Shown one piece after another: positions 1-14,633 of a stretch of DNA of 64,000 bases (positions are counted from its first letter, which is position 1; each line of letters begins with the position of its first letter). The notes below the pieces were generated by a model. The model did no database searches. It was not told where the DNA came from and saw nothing but the letters and a program-made list of their open reading frames with translations. Source of the stretch: Paraspadella gotoi (lineage: Eukaryota; Animalia; Chaetognatha); NCBI GenBank assembly GCA_051294375.1, contig CM119268.1, positions 18,120,005-18,184,004 of the forward strand. Direction: 5' to 3'. The position numbers and the translations under genes were made by a program.

Positions 1-2
1 CT

Positions 3-122
3 GGAAAAAAGCTCTTAGTGCCGGACGTTTCTCCGGACCCGGAAATGGAGGTTTCGACTTTCAAGGTCGTCAAGGCCAATGACTACGCCCATCGACGCCG
101 GGTTAAAACCACGCCGTATTAG
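3..122 (+). CDS. Possible 3' end of an unidentified coding exon (GKKLLVPDVSPDPEMEVSTFKVVKANDYAHRRRVKTTPY*)
   Basis: GC-balanced, non-repetitive open frame running from the window edge to TAG at 120-122, followed by AT-rich sequence. No family recognised. Confidence 0.35.
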   Translation, partial: GKKLLVPDVSPDPEMEVSTFKVVKANDYAHRRRVKTTPY

Positions 123-684
123 TTGGTGGCTCCGCTTAATCCGCAATGACGCCAAACGAAATCCGTCTCTCCAAGAAAGTAAAGCTTCGATAGTATTGCA
201 ATACCACTATTTTTTTGCGGCCTGAAATTATTTAATTATAAAGATATATTATAAAGATTTTAACATTTTTAAAAAATATATATAAAGACAAGACAGTTTG
301 AGCAGGGAGATTTTTTTTCCTTGCTATCAAAAGAAAAACAAGAAAACAAAACAGACAAAACATAGAAAAGAGACTGAGAAAAGCGAATTTGATCTCTCGA
401 CGCGTGAGTTGGGAAGCTCCTTCGAAGAGGGAAGCAAGTTTAAAGCGAGGGGGAAGGGGAGAGCGAAGAGGTGGAGTAAGAAGAGAGGAAATGAGGATAG
501 AGGGAAGAGGAGGAGTAAGAAGAGAGGAAATGAGGGAGAGGGGTAAATCCCCACGGTGAAGGGAAACCGGTCGATCGCGATTTCACCGACGCACGTGACT
601 CACGACTTTCGGTCGTTTGTGATCAAGTGAATCGTGAGAGGAGAAAGATGAGGGGAGGAGATGAGGGGGAGAGGATGGGAGAGA

Positions 685-1542
685 NNNNNNNNNNNNNNNN
701 NNNNNNNNNNNNNNNNNNNNNNNNNNNNNNNNNNNNNNNNNNNNNNNNNNNNNNNNNNNNNNNNNNNNNNNNNNNNNNNNNNNNNNNNNNNNNNNNNNNN
801 NNNNNNNNNNNNNNNNNNNNNNNNNNNNNNNNNNNNNNNNNNNNNNNNNNNNNNNNNNNNNNNNNNNNNNNNNNNNNNNNNNNNNNNNNNNNNNNNNNNN
901 NNNNNNNNNNNNNNNNNNNNNNNNNNNNNNNNNNNNNNNNNNNNNNNNNNNNNNNNNNNNNNNNNNNNNNNNNNNNNNNNNNNNNNNNNNNNNNNNNNNN
1001 NNNNNNNNNNNNNNNNNNNNNNNNNNNNNNNNNNNNNNNNNNNNNNNNNNNNNNNNNNNNNNNNNNNNNNNNNNNNNNNNNNNNNNNNNNNNNNNNNNNN
1101 NNNNNNNNNNNNNNNNNNNNNNNNNNNNNNNNNNNNNNNNNNNNNNNNNNNNNNNNNNNNNNNNNNNNNNNNNNNNNNNNNNNNNNNNNNNNNNNNNNNN
1201 NNNNNNNNNNNNNNNNNNNNNNNNNNNNNNNNNNNNNNNNNNNNNNNNNNNNNNNNNNNNNNNNNNNNNNNNNNNNNNNNNNNNNNNNNNNNNNNNNNNN
1301 NNNNNNNNNNNNNNNNNNNNNNNNNNNNNNNNNNNNNNNNNNNNNNNNNNNNNNNNNNNNNNNNNNNNNNNNNNNNNNNNNNNNNNNNNNNNNNNNNNNN
1401 NNNNNNNNNNNNNNNNNNNNNNNNNNNNNNNNNNNNNNNNNNNNNNNNNNNNNNNNNNNNNNNNNNNNNNNNNNNNNNNNNNNNNNNNNNNNNNNNNNNN
1501 NNNNNNNNNNNNNNNNNNNNNNNNNNNNNNNNNNNNNNNNNN
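685..1542. other. Assembly gap flanked by (AG)n
   Basis: Run of N. The X-filled ORFs here are meaningless. Confidence 0.99.
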
Positions 1543-3016
1543 AGAGAGAGAGAGAGATGAAACTTCATTAAAGTACCGCCCCTTTTTCTCCTTCGCCTAA
1601 TGAACGAGACTCGTATTCGGGGAAAAGTGATGGAGTAAATGATCCAAAAAAAAGTTTTAGAATCTTTGCTTGCCTTTTAATCCTCATGAACTGCTTGCCT
1701 TGCCACTCTAAATTGCTGATTGCTATGACTCTCGGAGTCAATAATAGAAGCTTACTCTTTTTATGAAATAAAAAAAAGTTTTCTTCTAGTTGTAGAATAT
1801 AAGACTCCCCAAACATGAACTTTGCTTGACATTAGATTCAATTACAAAATGATTTTTGTCAGAGAATTGTATTGCAATTTGCTTTCCATCGGTATATGCA
1901 TCAACACTGCTCTCCATCTGAATAAAGCTCGCATTTAATTTAAAGAACAAATTAGATTCACAATGCTCTTTCTCTCGCTTTTGACCAGCGGTTATAACGC
2001 GAAAGAAATCAGCCAATCGGACAAGGAAGATCGTTAGAGTCCAACCAATGAGCGAAGAGGCTTATTGGAGGAAAGAGAAAGGAGAAAAGTTGAGTCTCGG
2101 CGACGATTTTGCAAATCGTCTCGCCAATTAAGGTTGACGACGCGAACGATGAGGACGAGGACGAGAATGATGATGATGACGATGACGATGAGGACGACGA
2201 CCATACTTTTATTTATTATAATTATTCGGTTTCTGTGACTGTGAGTCTGTGACTGTGACTCGACTGCGGACTGTAATGAGAAAAATGGGAATAAAATTGG
2301 TTAAGACAGTTTGAAAAGAATTTTAAAATTTCATTGAAAAACAACTAGGATTTATATATTGTTGAGAAATTAGTAGATATTGAAAAACGAAATACTGTAA
2401 AAAGAGGGATACTGTTAATTTTGATTATATATCATGTTATTATAACGAACACGAGAAAGGATCACCTTAAAAAGGGACTCGATACTACGAACTCTCACAC
2501 ACGAACTCGTTTGTTTCACCTGCGAAAGAAATACGAGAAAAAGGATCACTGAGTTGGATCAAAAATGAAACACAAATGGATCAGAAACAAAATCCCTCAA
2601 AGATTCTTTTTAATCCAATGAAACCACAAACTTGAGCCAGATACTCAAAATCCGAAAGAAGGAAGGGNNNNNNNNNNGAGAGAGAGAGAGAATATTTTGG
2701 CGAAAACACGAGTTTAAAGTCGATGGGAAAATGCGATGTAAACAATTTTTTTTTTTCAAATTCTTTCGAAAAAAAATTTGAAGCTAAGGACGAACCTCTT
2801 TAAATTTTGCGACGGTCGGATGAGGGGAGCGAAGGAGATAGATGGGATTAAGCATTGAATAATACTATATAGAATATACGGGAGTATAGCAAGTATTAAG
2901 CTTAGGGACTTGGTTTGCATACAGTATATTTTCGTTTTGTGAAGGGAGAGTGATGAATTCCCTCGTAATATCGAGTGAAAGGGTAATCAATTTGATTAAG
3001 AACATAAGAGAATTTC

Positions 3017-3075
<59 letters not shown>

Positions 3076-5990
3076 TACGTCCAGACACCCACGGAGTCAG
3101 TTTCTAACTCGAAAGACTTTACGTCGAAAGAGATACGAGAGATCGAGATAACAACCGTTGATCCAGGGAGAGCATTTTGATTGGACGACAGATCTGATAA
3201 GTGCATTTTGATTGGACGGTAATCTTGTATTGAGGGGGGTTCTTGGTTAGGAGGGAGATATGAGGTAGTCGTGGGATGAGAAGCTTGAAGGGAGGTTTTG
3301 AGTGAGATGGGCGAGATGAGGAAGATTGTCAAGGTTCAAAAACGGTTATTCAAATGAATTTAAATTTTGTACGTATATTTCCTACAAACGTAAGTTAAAC
3401 GCAAGCAAACAAACACAACAAAGTAAGGACGCCAATGTAAACAAAGCTGGTAATCGATTATTGGTCGCCCTCGTTATTAACTTTCGACTTCGAAAACCGG
3501 TATTATTTTGCCCTAAAAGAAAAATAAAGAAAGCTAAATTATTAAGAAAGGGTGTGATAAAAATATCAAAGTTGAGAGAAAAATCAAAGCAAGAAAAAGA
3601 AAAAAAAAGAAAATCAAAAAGATAAGGAAATCAGATAACCCGAGTTTGCAAAAGAGAGAGATAAAGAAAGAAAGCTGAATAAAAATAAGGAATATCAAAT
3701 TTTTGGTTAAAAGTAGGTTAAAAATTTCTTTTTTAACAACCAACAGCTTCCGTCTCAGCTGTTAATAATTGAAGTATCAACAAAGAAGAGAAAGAAAAAA
3801 ACTGGATTTTATTTAATATTTCTTGTTTAATGTTTAATCTTTTAATTCGTTTCGCACACATTAAACGAAAGTAGGATCCTTTTATGGGGAAATCGGATTT
3901 TATTTTCTCTTTAATTTAGGCCGAAACTGACGAAGAGGTTTATGGATTGGAAAACTTTTTTTAAATTTCAAAAGATTACAATTGCGTGTTTATCTATATT
4001 TCAACACTTATACAATTGTAAATTGAACTTTGATAAACTTCAATATAATCCATAAATTTGAGAAAGAACTTTGAGAAAAAATAAGAAAAAAAAAGGATGA
4101 AAAAAAATATGGAAAAAATTTAAATCATATTTTGCAGGTGAACAACGTCGACAAAAACGTGGAAAACGTTAAACGTTTGCGTACAAATTCTTACTCTCGG
4201 GAATTGATATGTTAACATCTGGTAATAGTTATCTCTTTTTGAGATCAAATTTTGACGTAAGTTATTTTCGCCGCTATTTCACATACAGCTCGAACTATGC
4301 GCGCGTTTTGTATGAGCGTTCTGTGTATGGGTTTTACTTATTATCGCAAATATTCTCGTTAAATAATTTATAAGACCAACAACATGATAAAAAGAAGGGA
4401 GAAATGTGTTCATTCTACTGACGTCCATTTGATATTCTCCCTTTCTCTTCCCTTCTCCTAAAAATATAACCCTTTTCCGAAAACAAATCAGTCTTGTTTT
4501 TGAGTTATCTTTGAGGGAAGACGAACAAAGATTAGATATATAGACTCGTCAACGCTCGGAGAGAGGGAAAGAAAGAATGATCGAATGCAAAAAATGAATG
4601 AAAGAATGAATGAATGAGTGAGTGAGCGCTCGAACGCCCTTTTTGAAATGAGGCGAAGTCAACAAAAATTCTCGCTCCGATGATAATGACTTTGACCCAC
4701 AAAAGAAATCGAAAAACAAGGGAGAAGAAGACAAAGACGAAATCTCGATCAAATTCCTTTTTTTTATTTTAGTTTTTCTTTTCTTTTTTTCCATTTTTTT
4801 ATTTGACCGATTTTTTTATTAATTCTGTTCAAATTATAACTCATTCGCAAGCGAGAGAGAGAGAGAGNNNNNNNNNNAGAAATAGACAAGGAGTGCAAGA
4901 GCGAACAAAGGCAATTAAACGGGAAATCACAATGGGGAGTTGTGTAAACAGTAATTAACGTAAAAAAAGGCACGAATTAACGAAAGTCGGCACACGCTGG
5001 GTGACGTCGGCGCTGTTGTCGTCATCGCCGTCGTCTTCGTCGTCGTCGTCATCGTCATCGTCGTCGTCTTTCTCGGCGTCGCAGGGCGTAAAAGAGAAGG
5101 CGAAAAAGTGGCGCCAAATAAAAACCACAAAAGGTGATTTCAATGTAGATTCGATGTTTATTGCTGATTTTTGTGTAGGAATTTTTGGGGAAGAAGTTTG
5201 AAATAAATAACGATAAATATTTTTTGAAAATTCTTTAAAAAATTTACAATTTTCAACTTAAGACTCAAAGAAGTTTCTCTCAACTTGAAAAAGAATCACG
5301 ATCGAGTTCAGTCACGTAAAATCGTTTAAGGTTCACCGGAGAAAAATCAGTGACGGGTGATCGGTGACTAGGAACGGCCTCTGCCTCAACGCTGATCACT
5401 CGGCAACTCGTCAATCTTTCAAGATTTTATTACTTTGAGGAGAAAATCTCGGAAAACGAATCACTCTCTCTCTCTCTTCGTCTCTCTCTCTCTCCTCTTC
5501 TCTCTCTCTCTCTCTCTCCTCTCTCTCCTTCTTTTATCTGAGTATACGAATAATCATAAACGTTATGCCGTCATATTTATACGGTTAAAACTATAAGTAC
5601 AAACTAATGTACGCAAATTTCTTGTTCTCTGTAATTAATCTACGCGACGAGGCCGGCCTCCGCTCGACGTGATTACGCCTTTATTCATTTTCAGTACTGA
5701 GCCATATTATCGATCCAACCACTTCTAAATTGTTTAAATAGATTCGATTGGATTGCCAAATGAAGGTAACGTTCTTTCCCTTAATTTTTTTTTCGATACA
5801 ATTTCTTTCCTCCATTTCCCCTTTTTTTTCTTTCATAAATTCTTCTCTTAATTCTTCATCAAGTTTCTGTTAAACCCATAAGAGTTAGACGGGGATTTTT
5901 TTGAAGCAGGAAGAGGGGGAGATTTCCTTCTAGTGGCGGTTTCCTTTTTTTTTTTTTCTGTTTTTTTGACTCTCTCTCTCCTCTTCCTCG

Positions 5991-6032
<42 letters not shown>

Positions 6033-7274
6033 CTCTCCTCCTCCTCTATCTTTCTCTTCTGCTGGTCACCAATCCAACTCTCCCCTCCTCCTCAACGACT
6101 TTCTTCTTATCCATTTCATCTAGTTTTTCCCTCTTTCTTCTTCTCCTCTTCCTTTCTTCTCCTCTTCCTCCTCCTCTTTCCTCCTCCTCCTCCTGTCTTT
6201 TCTCAAAGTTCACGTTCCCCCATTCATCGTGTTTATGCTCACGCAAAAAGACCGCAACTCACAATGAGACGTGGTGTGCAGTGGTTCACGGATGAATCTC
6301 TTTTTCCGGTATTTCTGGAAGCGTGCCACTTTTTTACGAGACGCGCCGTGAGTCCTGTGTCCAATTCCTCCAAAAGCGTTATAGGCATGCTCGTTTTAAA
6401 AGTAGTCTTTTTCCAAACATTCAACTCAAGCTCGGAAATTTCCTGATGCTGTAAGCCTGAGGCCCATTGTTTACAAAACAAGCTTAACAGTGATAGATTT
6501 TTTCAATCCGTAAATTTTTAAAAATCGTTTTGAAAAGATTTAGAATAAACGGCCAGTTTTTGTAAACAAACTTGGAATTCTAATTTTTTTGTGATTCTAA
6601 TTTCTTTGAATACTTGAAATCAGATATTTTAGTGCATTTAATTATTATTATTATTATTGAAAATGAAAATTATGCAAATTACTTGTTTACTATTTTCTAT
6701 TTTTCTATATTTTAATATTTTAATATTTTATGAAGGATTTGTAGTTTAATCTATATTATTTAATCAAACATATATTGCTTTCTTTTTTAAAAATGTTTTA
6801 TATCTAATAATTCAGATTTGGGAAGGGAGAACGTCAGTGTTGTCTTCTGGAAATAGAGCAGAGCAGAGCAGAGCATCTATATAACACAAGGTGAGATAGA
6901 TATCACACATCATTTCTGTTAGAAAGTCATTAATGAAAAATCATAATATCTAAGAGGCTGAACAGAAAGGGTGGGAATAGATAATTTTTTGAGGGGGACC
7001 AACGTATATATATGATTTTTTTACCAATAGGAATAAGACTACCATGTAGAATTGTATGTTCTGATAGGGATACTTACTGGGGAAAGTCTATAGGGCACCT
7101 TTATGTCATGAATATAATTTAAAATACTTAATGAAAATTTTATTTTTCTTTATCCTATTTTTTAATTATTTCTTTTTGAATATTTTTATCTTTTATGTTT
7201 ATACAATGGGAAAGTCATCAGTTGGGAACCTATACCCTTCATGGATTTCGGCTCTTTAATCCCAATATTCCAAT

Positions 7275-7292
7275 ATTATTATATTATTATTA

Positions 7293-7358
<66 letters not shown>

Positions 7359-7368
7359 CTATTATTAT
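7275..7368. repeat. (ATT)n microsatellite
   Basis: Direct reading. Confidence 0.95.
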
Positions 7369-7412
7369 CGTCGTCGATTTAATCTTTAGTATGATTATAA
7401 ACACCTTTCTAG

Positions 7413-7633
7413 ACCACCCAATGAACCAGAACAGACCCACCATAGAAAACCCTACCCGTTTACTCCACCTAGCGAAGCTCTCTTCTGCTTCTCTCTCAAT
7501 CTGACCAAAGAGGCCGCTGCAGCCATCTGGCGCGCTGCCCGCCGGCGCTACAGGAACGTCGCGCTGCCGGCACGGCGTTCCGGTAACGGCGCCCCCCTCC
7601 GGCCAATGGAGAACCTCCTGTCGTGGGAAAAAG
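7413..7633 (+). CDS. Candidate internal exon, product unknown (second copy ~21263-21497)
   Basis: GC-rich island in AT-rich DNA bounded by 'cctttctAG|' and 'AAG|gtaaaa'. The frame cannot be fixed because the two copies differ by indels. Confidence 0.35.
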
Positions 7634-8311
7634 GTAAAAGTGAGAGTCGGTAGAAAAAAAGGGAAATCTAAAAGGTAGAGAAATAAAAAAAAATTGATGA
7701 AAAAATAGAAAAGTTAAAGTTAAAAACTTATTCACTCTCGTTGATTTTTTCAAATTTTATAATAATTATTTTTACTTCCTATTTTTGAACATGAAAATTG
7801 AAAGCAAAATAGAAATATGTAAACAATAAATAAAACATAAACAGATCAACTTACTGAAAAATGACGATACGACCGAAAACTCAATTGAATCTTGAATTTT
7901 TTTTTTATTTTTTGTTTATACAATTCTATGCGATTTTTTTATTAACAGTTTACATATGTGGTCTTTCTGTTGTTAATTCGAACATCCTCTCTCTCTCCTT
8001 TTTTTTAAATAGATTTAAATTTTTTTTTTCATTTTTTAATTTAATTTTTTTAAATTTTATCCCGCAGAAAAAGTATTTGTCGAAGAATAAATTAAAAGCA
8101 GATCGTAAAGAAAGTGTGAATTAAGTGAATTTAAGGAAAGGGAATGGGTGATGTGGGAGAGAGAGAGATAGAGAGAGAGAGCGCGCCATAAGCCTAATCC
8201 CGATTGAATAAGAAAAACCTGAAGGCAAGATGTGTTTTGACAACCTTATCTTAAGCTGGACAAACGCCAATGAAAAATGGCATCGATTCTCTCTCTCTCT
8301 CTCCCTCTTTT

Positions 8312-8389
<78 letters not shown>

Positions 8390-8585
8390 TCTCCTTCCAG
8401 ATGAACGTCGCTTGAATGTGTCTAACGTGTGAAATCAAATGAAGGAAAACAATACGTGAAAGTGAAAAATGAAGTTTTGGAATGAAGAGAAAAAGATTAA
8501 TGACTGCGTGATGATGAGAGGGAGACGATCTCGGTTTTGTAGAAGTGAGAGTGAGAGAGGAGAGAGAAGGAGAGGAGAGAGAGAG

Positions 8586-8617
<32 letters not shown>

Positions 8618-9112
8618 AAGAGAGAGAGGAGAGCACTATTTTCCGCCAAACTTTCACTTAATCCGTCGTGTTATTTGTAACGCTCAAAAGTTAGGAATGT
8701 GAATGACATCATCACGCCCTGAGCGGAGGGAAAATCACAGGGATGAAATATCGAATTTGAACCAACATGAAGTATATGAGGGTGAGAGTTGATTTTTAAA
8801 AACAAATTTCAGAGTTAATGGGAGCTTAGTACAAACTAAGATTTTGATGTCACTCATCAGCTTGTTGATTTTCATCCAAAAAATTAAAACAAAATAAAGA
8901 CCAGCAAATCCCGAGCGTTCTGTCTGTCTTTCTCTCTCTCTGGGCAAATCAAAGACAATTTGAGAGACAAGAATCTAAATTCATACGACACCATGAGAAA
9001 CGATGGAGGCCAGGAGGGCGGAACCGATCGGGTTGAAAGGGAAAAATTTAGATCATGAGGAAGATAGTAACAGGCGTTTGGTTTTATTTTGATGAGAGAG
9101 GAGAAGAGAGAG

Positions 9113-9143
<31 letters not shown>

Positions 9144-9886
9144 GAGAGAGAGAGGGGAAATTAAATGCAGAAAAAAGGATGGATTAGTGAGTGATTGCGG
9201 GAAGCGATACTCTCTTCTATCAAAATCTGGTATCGAAAATTTCTGTGTTCGTTTTGCAGTTAGGGAAACAACCCAATCAAATGATATTTCCTTTGTTTCA
9301 CGAAAAACAAAACTAAGTAAACAAAAGTTCAATTTTGTTGGAGGAAAAAATGAGAGCCATAAGAGTAAGAAAATAAAATAAAAAAAAACTTCAACTTTTT
9401 AAATAACTGTGAATACTTTCTTGCTGTGATATATTCTCGAAATACAACGTTCACATGGTTTTGTTTGTCTAAGATGGGATTTCGACAACCTTAAAAAGAC
9501 CGAAAAAATTTTCAGGGAACGACTAAAATCGGATTTTTAAAAAAATAAAGTAGTTTTTAAGAATTTTAAAGTTTTTTTTCTTTTTTTTTGTAATCTTCGT
9601 TTTTGTGTTTGTCTTAGTCGCTTCATCGTTGTCATCGTTGTCATCGTCATCTAAATTATAATTAGTGAAGATCGCCCATCGAAATTTTCTTTATGCAACG
9701 GTAAAACGAATGGCAACAACAATTTTTTTCACCAGAAGGATGAATGGCATAATGCCGTATCATGCCATCACATGGTCGTTTGCATAACGGATTCTCCTAG
9801 CAGATTGCGCCTTGACTGAAACCATTACAGGCGTTATACCTTTAATTCCCGGACCATATAATTCTCATTTTATCGTTCAAACTCTG

Positions 9887-9967
<81 letters not shown>

Positions 9968-10341
9968 GTCTTTCTGTTTTTGTCTATCTTTCATCTGGAA
10001 GAAAAGGAGGTCATATTCGCATGTCATTTTTTTCTTTCAGCAAAATGGTCCAAACGGAAAGGGTGAGGAAAAGTAATTCGAATTGAGGTGAGACGCGAGG
10101 AGGTCAGTTTTCGATCGATCGACGCAACTCGATCTCTTTTTGTTTAATTAGAAAGACGACGACGAGACGACGACGACCACGATGGAGACAACGATGACTA
10201 CAACCATCGACAAGAATTTCAAAAACCTTTTGAAAATAATCCTCGTAACCGGAGTATAATTTGATCTTACAAACGACTCCACCTTCTTCCGAGGGAATAT
10301 CTCTCTCTCTCTCTCTCTCTCTCCTCTCACTCTCTCTCTCT

Positions 10342-10382
<41 letters not shown>

Positions 10383-11672
10383 TCTCTCTCCCCCTTCAAG
10401 TGTTTCATTTTTCTCAGCGTCTCTTTAATCTGATTGTCTCGCTTATCCTCCTTGATAACCCCTTACTCCTTTTCGCATATCCTGTTACACTCCTCGGATA
10501 CACTCATCTTTTCTTTCTTCTCTCTATCCTCTCTCTCTTCTCTTTTCGACTCTTCTCTCTTCACTTACTTCTTTCTCCCAACTTTTTCGTATCTTTTTAA
10601 TCGCTGGTTTCTGCAAAAGTATCGGGGAATATGCTTACGTAATACTAATACTTTTTAGGTTTGTATGCACCTAAATTAGTCAAAGATGAAAGAAACAAAT
10701 GAGGTGATAGAAGACAGAAATGAGGTGTTAGAAAATTAAATGATGTGAAGAACCAAAAGACGACGAGGAACAAGGAAATGAATTAGTTTCCGCTGACAAG
10801 CGGTCTGCTTTCAAGTTTTCCAAATCCAAACCAGCGATTTCTATCGTGTAAGGTAGGGCAATGATTGTGCTCTTCAGGTAAGTTGAGTCGTTCGATGATG
10901 ATGAGATGTTTAGTCAGTCAGAAAACCTGATTTTAAGCAAATCGAAACAAAGCGGAGAATATCATCGGTTTTATCCCTGTAAAATTAAGGGACGTTTGAT
11001 GTAACCGAGGAATTCTGACGGCTCGATAAAAAAAAATATGAGTTTCGTTCCGATCCGCTTAATTGATTGATAAAGGATCTCCATTTCTTCAATCTTTCAA
11101 AAGCCCAAAACCCTAAACCTTAAAACCTTAAAACCTTAAAACCCTGGTTCCTCTTCTGTCGAACGTCGTCGTCGTCGTCACCGTCGCCCGTCGTCGTCAT
11201 CCGTTCAACAAAATCCCTCCCCATCAAATTCGGATGAGGTCGAAACCGATTTTTGGTCAAGATTTGAGTCTTCAAATCCTTCAACCGTCTCTCCTCTCTC
11301 TCTCTCTCTGTTCTCTCTCACTCTCTTCTCTCTCTTCTCTCTCATCTCTCTCTCTTCTCTATCTTCTCTCTCTCGGTTAGTTGTGGTCTTTGGTCTCTTA
11401 GCTGTGCTCCACTGTTCGTTTTTTTTTCACTGTTTCTGCGCCGTCAATTCGTTCATAATATATTCAGGAATAAAAATCTAGAATATGCTAATTGTATCTG
11501 TTAATACGTCGTGAAAGGTCATTAATTGATTTATAACTTAGTAAAATTTAAAAATAATGCACTTAAAATTATTTTCCTGTGTATGTAAAAAAAATAGTTA
11601 AAAAAGCTACAGCCTCTCTATGTTTTGGTTGTAAAGCTTACAAACGTCGAAAGAATCCGCCAAACAAGGGAT

Positions 11673-11709
<37 letters not shown>

Positions 11710-14287
11710 AAGAGAAGAAGAGATAGAGATGAGAGAGAAGGAAGAGAGAGAGAGAGAGAGGAGAGAGAGAGGAGAGAGAGAGAGAGAGAGACTACTGAGG
11801 CAGCGGGGGCCGCGCACGGGGGTCGTCCGACTTCCCCGAGGGACTGCAGGCAGAGGCCTCAAATGTGCATATCTCTCCGCTGCGAACCAAATTCGCTCTT
11901 CCTCTCTTTTTCTGTGTTTTCAACTCGGTGCTGCCTTTCTTCTTTTCTTTCGATTTCTACTTTAGTTTCTTTTCGTCCGCATTTGTTTGGATGACCGTCT
12001 GAAAATACGTCGAATTTGACGACCGATGAACGACCAGCGAGGAGACATTGGCGGAAGGCATCAGAAAATGAATGGAAAGGGTTCGATTAATCGTGCCGGG
12101 ATGTCTCTCTCTCTTCTCTCCTTCTCCATCTCTCTCTCTCCTCTTTCTCTCTCTCGACTAACTCGCTCCTTTCTCCTTCTTCTCTATTATCATCTATACC
12201 CTCTCTCTTCTCACCTCTCTCTCTCTCTCTCTCTCTCTTCTCCTCTCCTCTCTCTCCAGTGCCTTCCGCCTCTTCCTCTCTCTCTCTCTCTCTCTCCTCT
12301 CTCCTCCCTCTCTCCCATCCCCGCTTTTCTCTCCCTCTTCCACTTTTACGATCGCTGAGTCTCCGGAAAATTCTTGCCTAGCGAGAGTGAGAGAAACAAA
12401 TGCTTTCGTAATGCAAATGAGATGTAAGGATCGACCGCGGCGACGACGGAACTCGTCGAGTGGGGACGACGATGGCGATGAAGAGACCGTCTCGCTCTCT
12501 GTCTCGCTCCGTATTGCCTCTGCGTCTTCCACTCGCGCGCCGTTCGTTTCGCGCTTCTCAAATCACCGACTATTCCTTTCTTTGCTTTTAAAACTTGTTA
12601 TTTTTTCTGTAAGTACAATTATATTTTCTTATTTAACGCTATACTTGCCGAGTCTTGCATTGCTTTCTTTCCTTGCCTTGACTTAGTTCTTGCATGACTT
12701 GCCGTGTCGTGCTTGCAATTTCCCATCCCCTGCCGTCCCTGCCTTGCTTTGGATATGTGATTAAGATATTGTTTCTACGTGGCAATGCATTATCCTATTT
12801 TTCCTTCTTTCTATTCACTCATTTTTTCTATTGTTTAAAGACTTATTTTTTTCCTTATCAGACTCATTTAATTTGCACAAAAACAGAGAGCCAAAAATTT
12901 GTACCTTCTCTTCTTCATCTTTATGGAACAATAGAAGATCATCCTTAACAGACCGACAATGATGATACTGCTCGTCAGATCCGCATCAGACAGAAGAATG
13001 CCGCTGCGCTGTCATCGTCGTCGATCAGTCGTCGTCGATCGTTCCCCGTAGTTTTCGTCGAAGTTGTCTGTAAATTCGAACTGGTTTTGATTTACAGTCG
13101 TTTTTGTTTACTAAAAGAAACGATTATGTAAGAGTTTTTGAATATTTATTTCTATTACATACTATCCTAAAATCTAAAAATCCAATGATCACATGAGTTC
13201 TGAAAAATATTACACAAAAAGGAATAATGAGCAGAATAAAATGCGAAACAGGCAAAGGAACGGCGGTGCCTCGCGGTTTTTTTTTCTTTTTTTACTATTT
13301 GTTGTTACGATTTTGCATTCATATTACGATGACATGTTCTTTCGCATTATTTTCCGATTATCTCTTGAAATTTTACTTTTTTGTTCTTTTTTCGTTTTCA
13401 TTCCTTTTTTCTTCCCACTTACTCCACTTTTTCTTTCGTCGCATCTTCTTTACTCTTTCCCATTTCCATTCTCGTTCTATTCTTCCCCCCTTTCATCTTA
13501 GTTCCCGTTTACCGTTCTCCCTACTCCCCTCTCTCGTCTCCCGTCTCCCTCATTCTGCTTCTTTACTTCAAGTCATCCCCCATCTTGGGTTTCATCGGAT
13601 TCTAAGACTTTTTGTCGAAGGGAGTTTCTCTCTTCTCCTCTCGTCATCTCTCTACTCTCTCCTCTCTCTCCTCTCTCTCTCTCCTCTTCTTCTCCCTGTC
13701 TCTCTCTCTCTCTCGCCGAGATCACCCATTTCAATGGCAGGAGGAAGAGGGAAGAGGAGAAAAAAAAGAAAGGAAGACGAGAGGACGGCGATAAGCGAGG
13801 AAAAGACGCGGGAGGAGAAGAGGAGCCGGGAGACGAGAAAGTTTTCGAGCGGTTCGTTCCGTCTTGGATCGAAAAAAGAGCAGAAAAGAAATTTGTCATT
13901 TTTCATGACGAGCAAAACAATCCGTCATAAAACAGGGGAGAAAAAAAAGAAGACGCAAAAAAAAGAGGGGATAATAATTTATGAAAAAAAAGAAATTATT
14001 GAAAAAGAAGAAAAAAGAAAAAACAACTAGTACTTAAAATACCCCAATAAAAATAATGTAAATATATAAAATTTAAGAAAAAATGACTGAACGAAGAAAA
14101 AGCGTGGGAAAGCCAAAAAGAAAAAAGCGTAAAAGCAAAGAGAAAAATAAACATAAAAGAAGGAAAAAAAAAAAGAAAGAGGAATGAACGAAGACGAGGA
14201 TGGCATCATCATCGGAGGGAAAAGGGAGGAATTAGTTAAAAAGAAGAAAAACCCGAGGGAGAGAGATGAGGAAGAGAGAGAGGGAGG

Positions 14288-14334
<47 letters not shown>

Positions 14335-14504
14335 AGAGAAGAGAGAAGGGAGAAGAGAGAGAGCGAGGGAGGCAGAGAGAGAGAGGAGAGAGAGAGAGTG
14401 AGAGAGCCTAGAATAAACAGATATAGTAAGTACACGGGGACAAAATCTCATGATGAGGATTGGACTCCGAAGTAGTATCTGACTATTCAGTATAATATCT
14501 ACGG

Positions 14505-14547
<43 letters not shown>

Positions 14548-14579
14548 TCTCTCTATCTCTTCTCTCTCTCTCTCTCCTA

Positions 14580-14633
<54 letters not shown>

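Noticed and set aside
1568-2016. Minus-strand ORFs with 'DAYTDG' (RNase H-like)
   Set aside because: Single short motif with no other RNase H or RT context.
3075-3332. 'DYRPI' resembling a LINE RT motif
   Set aside because: No further RT motifs, and it arises from the local 16-bp repeat.
10865-10885. ctcttcag|gtaagt as a recursive splice site
   Set aside because: Copies 2 and 3 read ttcaaggtaagt, so the CAG is probably a sequencing error.
11105-11148. (aaaacctt)n as an interstitial telomere
   Set aside because: Only about four imperfect units, and not a canonical telomeric repeat.
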